Part shown: positions 62,328 to 62,935 of the stretch, one piece after another | How the letters are laid out: the number at the start of each line of letters is the position of its first letter | Position numbering within the stretch: position 1 is the stretch's first letter | Origin: an uncultured Eubacteriales bacterium | GTDB taxonomy: Bacteria; Acidobacteriota; Aminicenantia; Aminicenantales; Saccharicenantaceae | DNA: 62,935 nt | Assembly (NCBI GenBank): GCA_964544265.1 | Contig: CAZJBD010000003.1 | Location: forward strand, 1 to 62,935 | Direction: 5' to 3' | Made by a program: the position numbers and the translations under genes | Notes under the pieces: generated by a model | Databases searched by the model: none | What the model was told of the DNA's origin: nothing | The model's input: only the letters and a program-made list of their open reading frames with translations

Positions 62328-62935
62328 ATGAAGAAAAGGATTTTATCGCTCGTATTGGCCTTCGCCTTCATTTCGGCTGGGAATTTGGCTTTTGCCCAGA
62401 AGGAAGACCTTTCTCTTTGGGAGCTCTTGGAAACCAAGATTCGGCCCTGCAAGTTTGTGGATCTGACTCATGCTTTTGCCCCGGGTATCCCGCGATGGCC
62501 GGGCTTTCCCGCCGATGAACGCAAGGTCATCTATACCTATGAAAAGGATGGCTTCCTTGCCGAAATCTTTACTCATGTTGGACAATACGGGACCCATTGC
62601 GATCCGCCGGGGCATTTTCATAAAGGCATGCGCATGATCGATGAAATTCCGGTTGACGAAATGATCCTTCCCCTGGTGGTCATCGATTGCAGCCAAAAGG
62701 TCGCCGCCAATCCTGACTACCAGCTTGTCCTCGGGGATATTCAGGCCTGGGAAACCAGACATGGCCGGATTCCTCAAGGCGCGTTCGTTGCCATGCGGAC
62801 GGACTGGTATAAAAGGTTTTCCAACATCAACGCCTTTTACAATAAGGACGACAAAGGACAGGCCCATTATCCAGGATGGACGATCGAAGCCCTCAAGTTT
62901 TTGTTTGATGAGCGGGGCGTGACAGCCATAGGTCA
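62328..62935 (+). CDS. Cyclase-family protein (kynurenine formamidase/arylformamidase-like), secreted; 3' end beyond the right edge
   Basis: Absent from the ORF track (no stop in the window). ATG 62328 has GAGGAGG 7 nt upstream. Signal peptide MKKRILSLVLAFAFISAGNLAFA-QK. HVGQYGTHCDPPGHF matches the HxGTHxDxPxH cyclase motif. Confidence 0.8.
   Translation, partial: MKKRILSLVLAFAFISAGNLAFAQKEDLSLWELLETKIRPCKFVDLTHAFAPGIPRWPGFPADERKVIYTYEKDGFLAEIFTHVGQYGTHCDPPGHFHKGMRMIDEIPVDEMILPLVVIDCSQKVAANPDYQLVLGDIQAWETRHGRIPQGAFVAMRTDWYKRFSNINAFYNKDDKGQAHYPGWTIEALKFLFDERGVTAIG

Noticed and set aside
1-62935. CRISPR arrays, IS elements, integrases, prophage or defence islands
   Set aside because: None of the real reading frames shows regularly spaced repeats, transposase or integrase motifs, or toxin-antitoxin-like small gene pairs. 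The only sign of past rearrangement is the truncated gene at 60987..62006.

Overview
GC-rich bacterial chromosomal segment with about 47 tightly packed protein genes. Many neighbours are joined by 4-nt ATGA start/stop overlaps. I recognised no rRNA, tRNA, CRISPR array, transposase or integrase. The PadR plus duplicated FtsX-type orphan permease pair and the many exported peptidases suggest an Acidobacteriota/Aminicenantes-like organism; that is inference only. Two edge genes are missing from the ORF track because they have no stop in the window: a BNR/Asp-box propeller protein (1..2962, minus) and a secreted cyclase/kynurenine-formamidase-like protein (62328..62935, plus). Gene content, left to right: (1) a TldE/TldD pair; (2) a five-gene corrinoid methyl-transfer operon at 6225..11663 (RACo activase, homocysteine S-methyltransferase barrel, B12-binding protein, non-Pyl MttB-family methyltransferase, MetH activation domain); (3) a long minus-strand block of Nudix, RlmI, Cas4-like nuclease, M1 peptidase, membrane proteins and a beta-CASP RNase; (4) glgA facing a minus-strand glycogen operon (M28 peptidase, three GH57 paralogues, glgC, GAF histidine kinase, CheY-like regulator, GalT-like, then M24 peptidase); (5) an orphan LigD phosphoesterase domain; (6) AICARFT-only PurH plus archaeal-type PurO; (7) a LOG-family protein; (8) membrane LuxR, a methyltransferase-ankyrin-PD40 fusion and an M28 peptidase; (9) an ABC ATPase plus a 1200-aa permease-M1 aminopeptidase fusion; (10) a serine hydrolase, PadR and an ADOP permease; (11) RlpA; (12) a Tat-exported PLP enzyme, a Tat-exported Ntn asparaginase and a GH63-like hydrolase; (13) DUF362-ferredoxin; (14) M20 peptidase; (15) a class-V aminotransferase plus short SerA; (16) a 5'-truncated beta-lactamase-family pseudogene next to a ~240-nt cluster of GC-rich stem-loops. 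The best candidate for an undescribed system is the corrinoid operon. It looks like a cobalamin methionine synthase split into separate proteins, with an MttB-family enzyme in place of the methyl-THF module. All functional calls come from motif and family recognition by eye in the translated ORFs. No database search was run.
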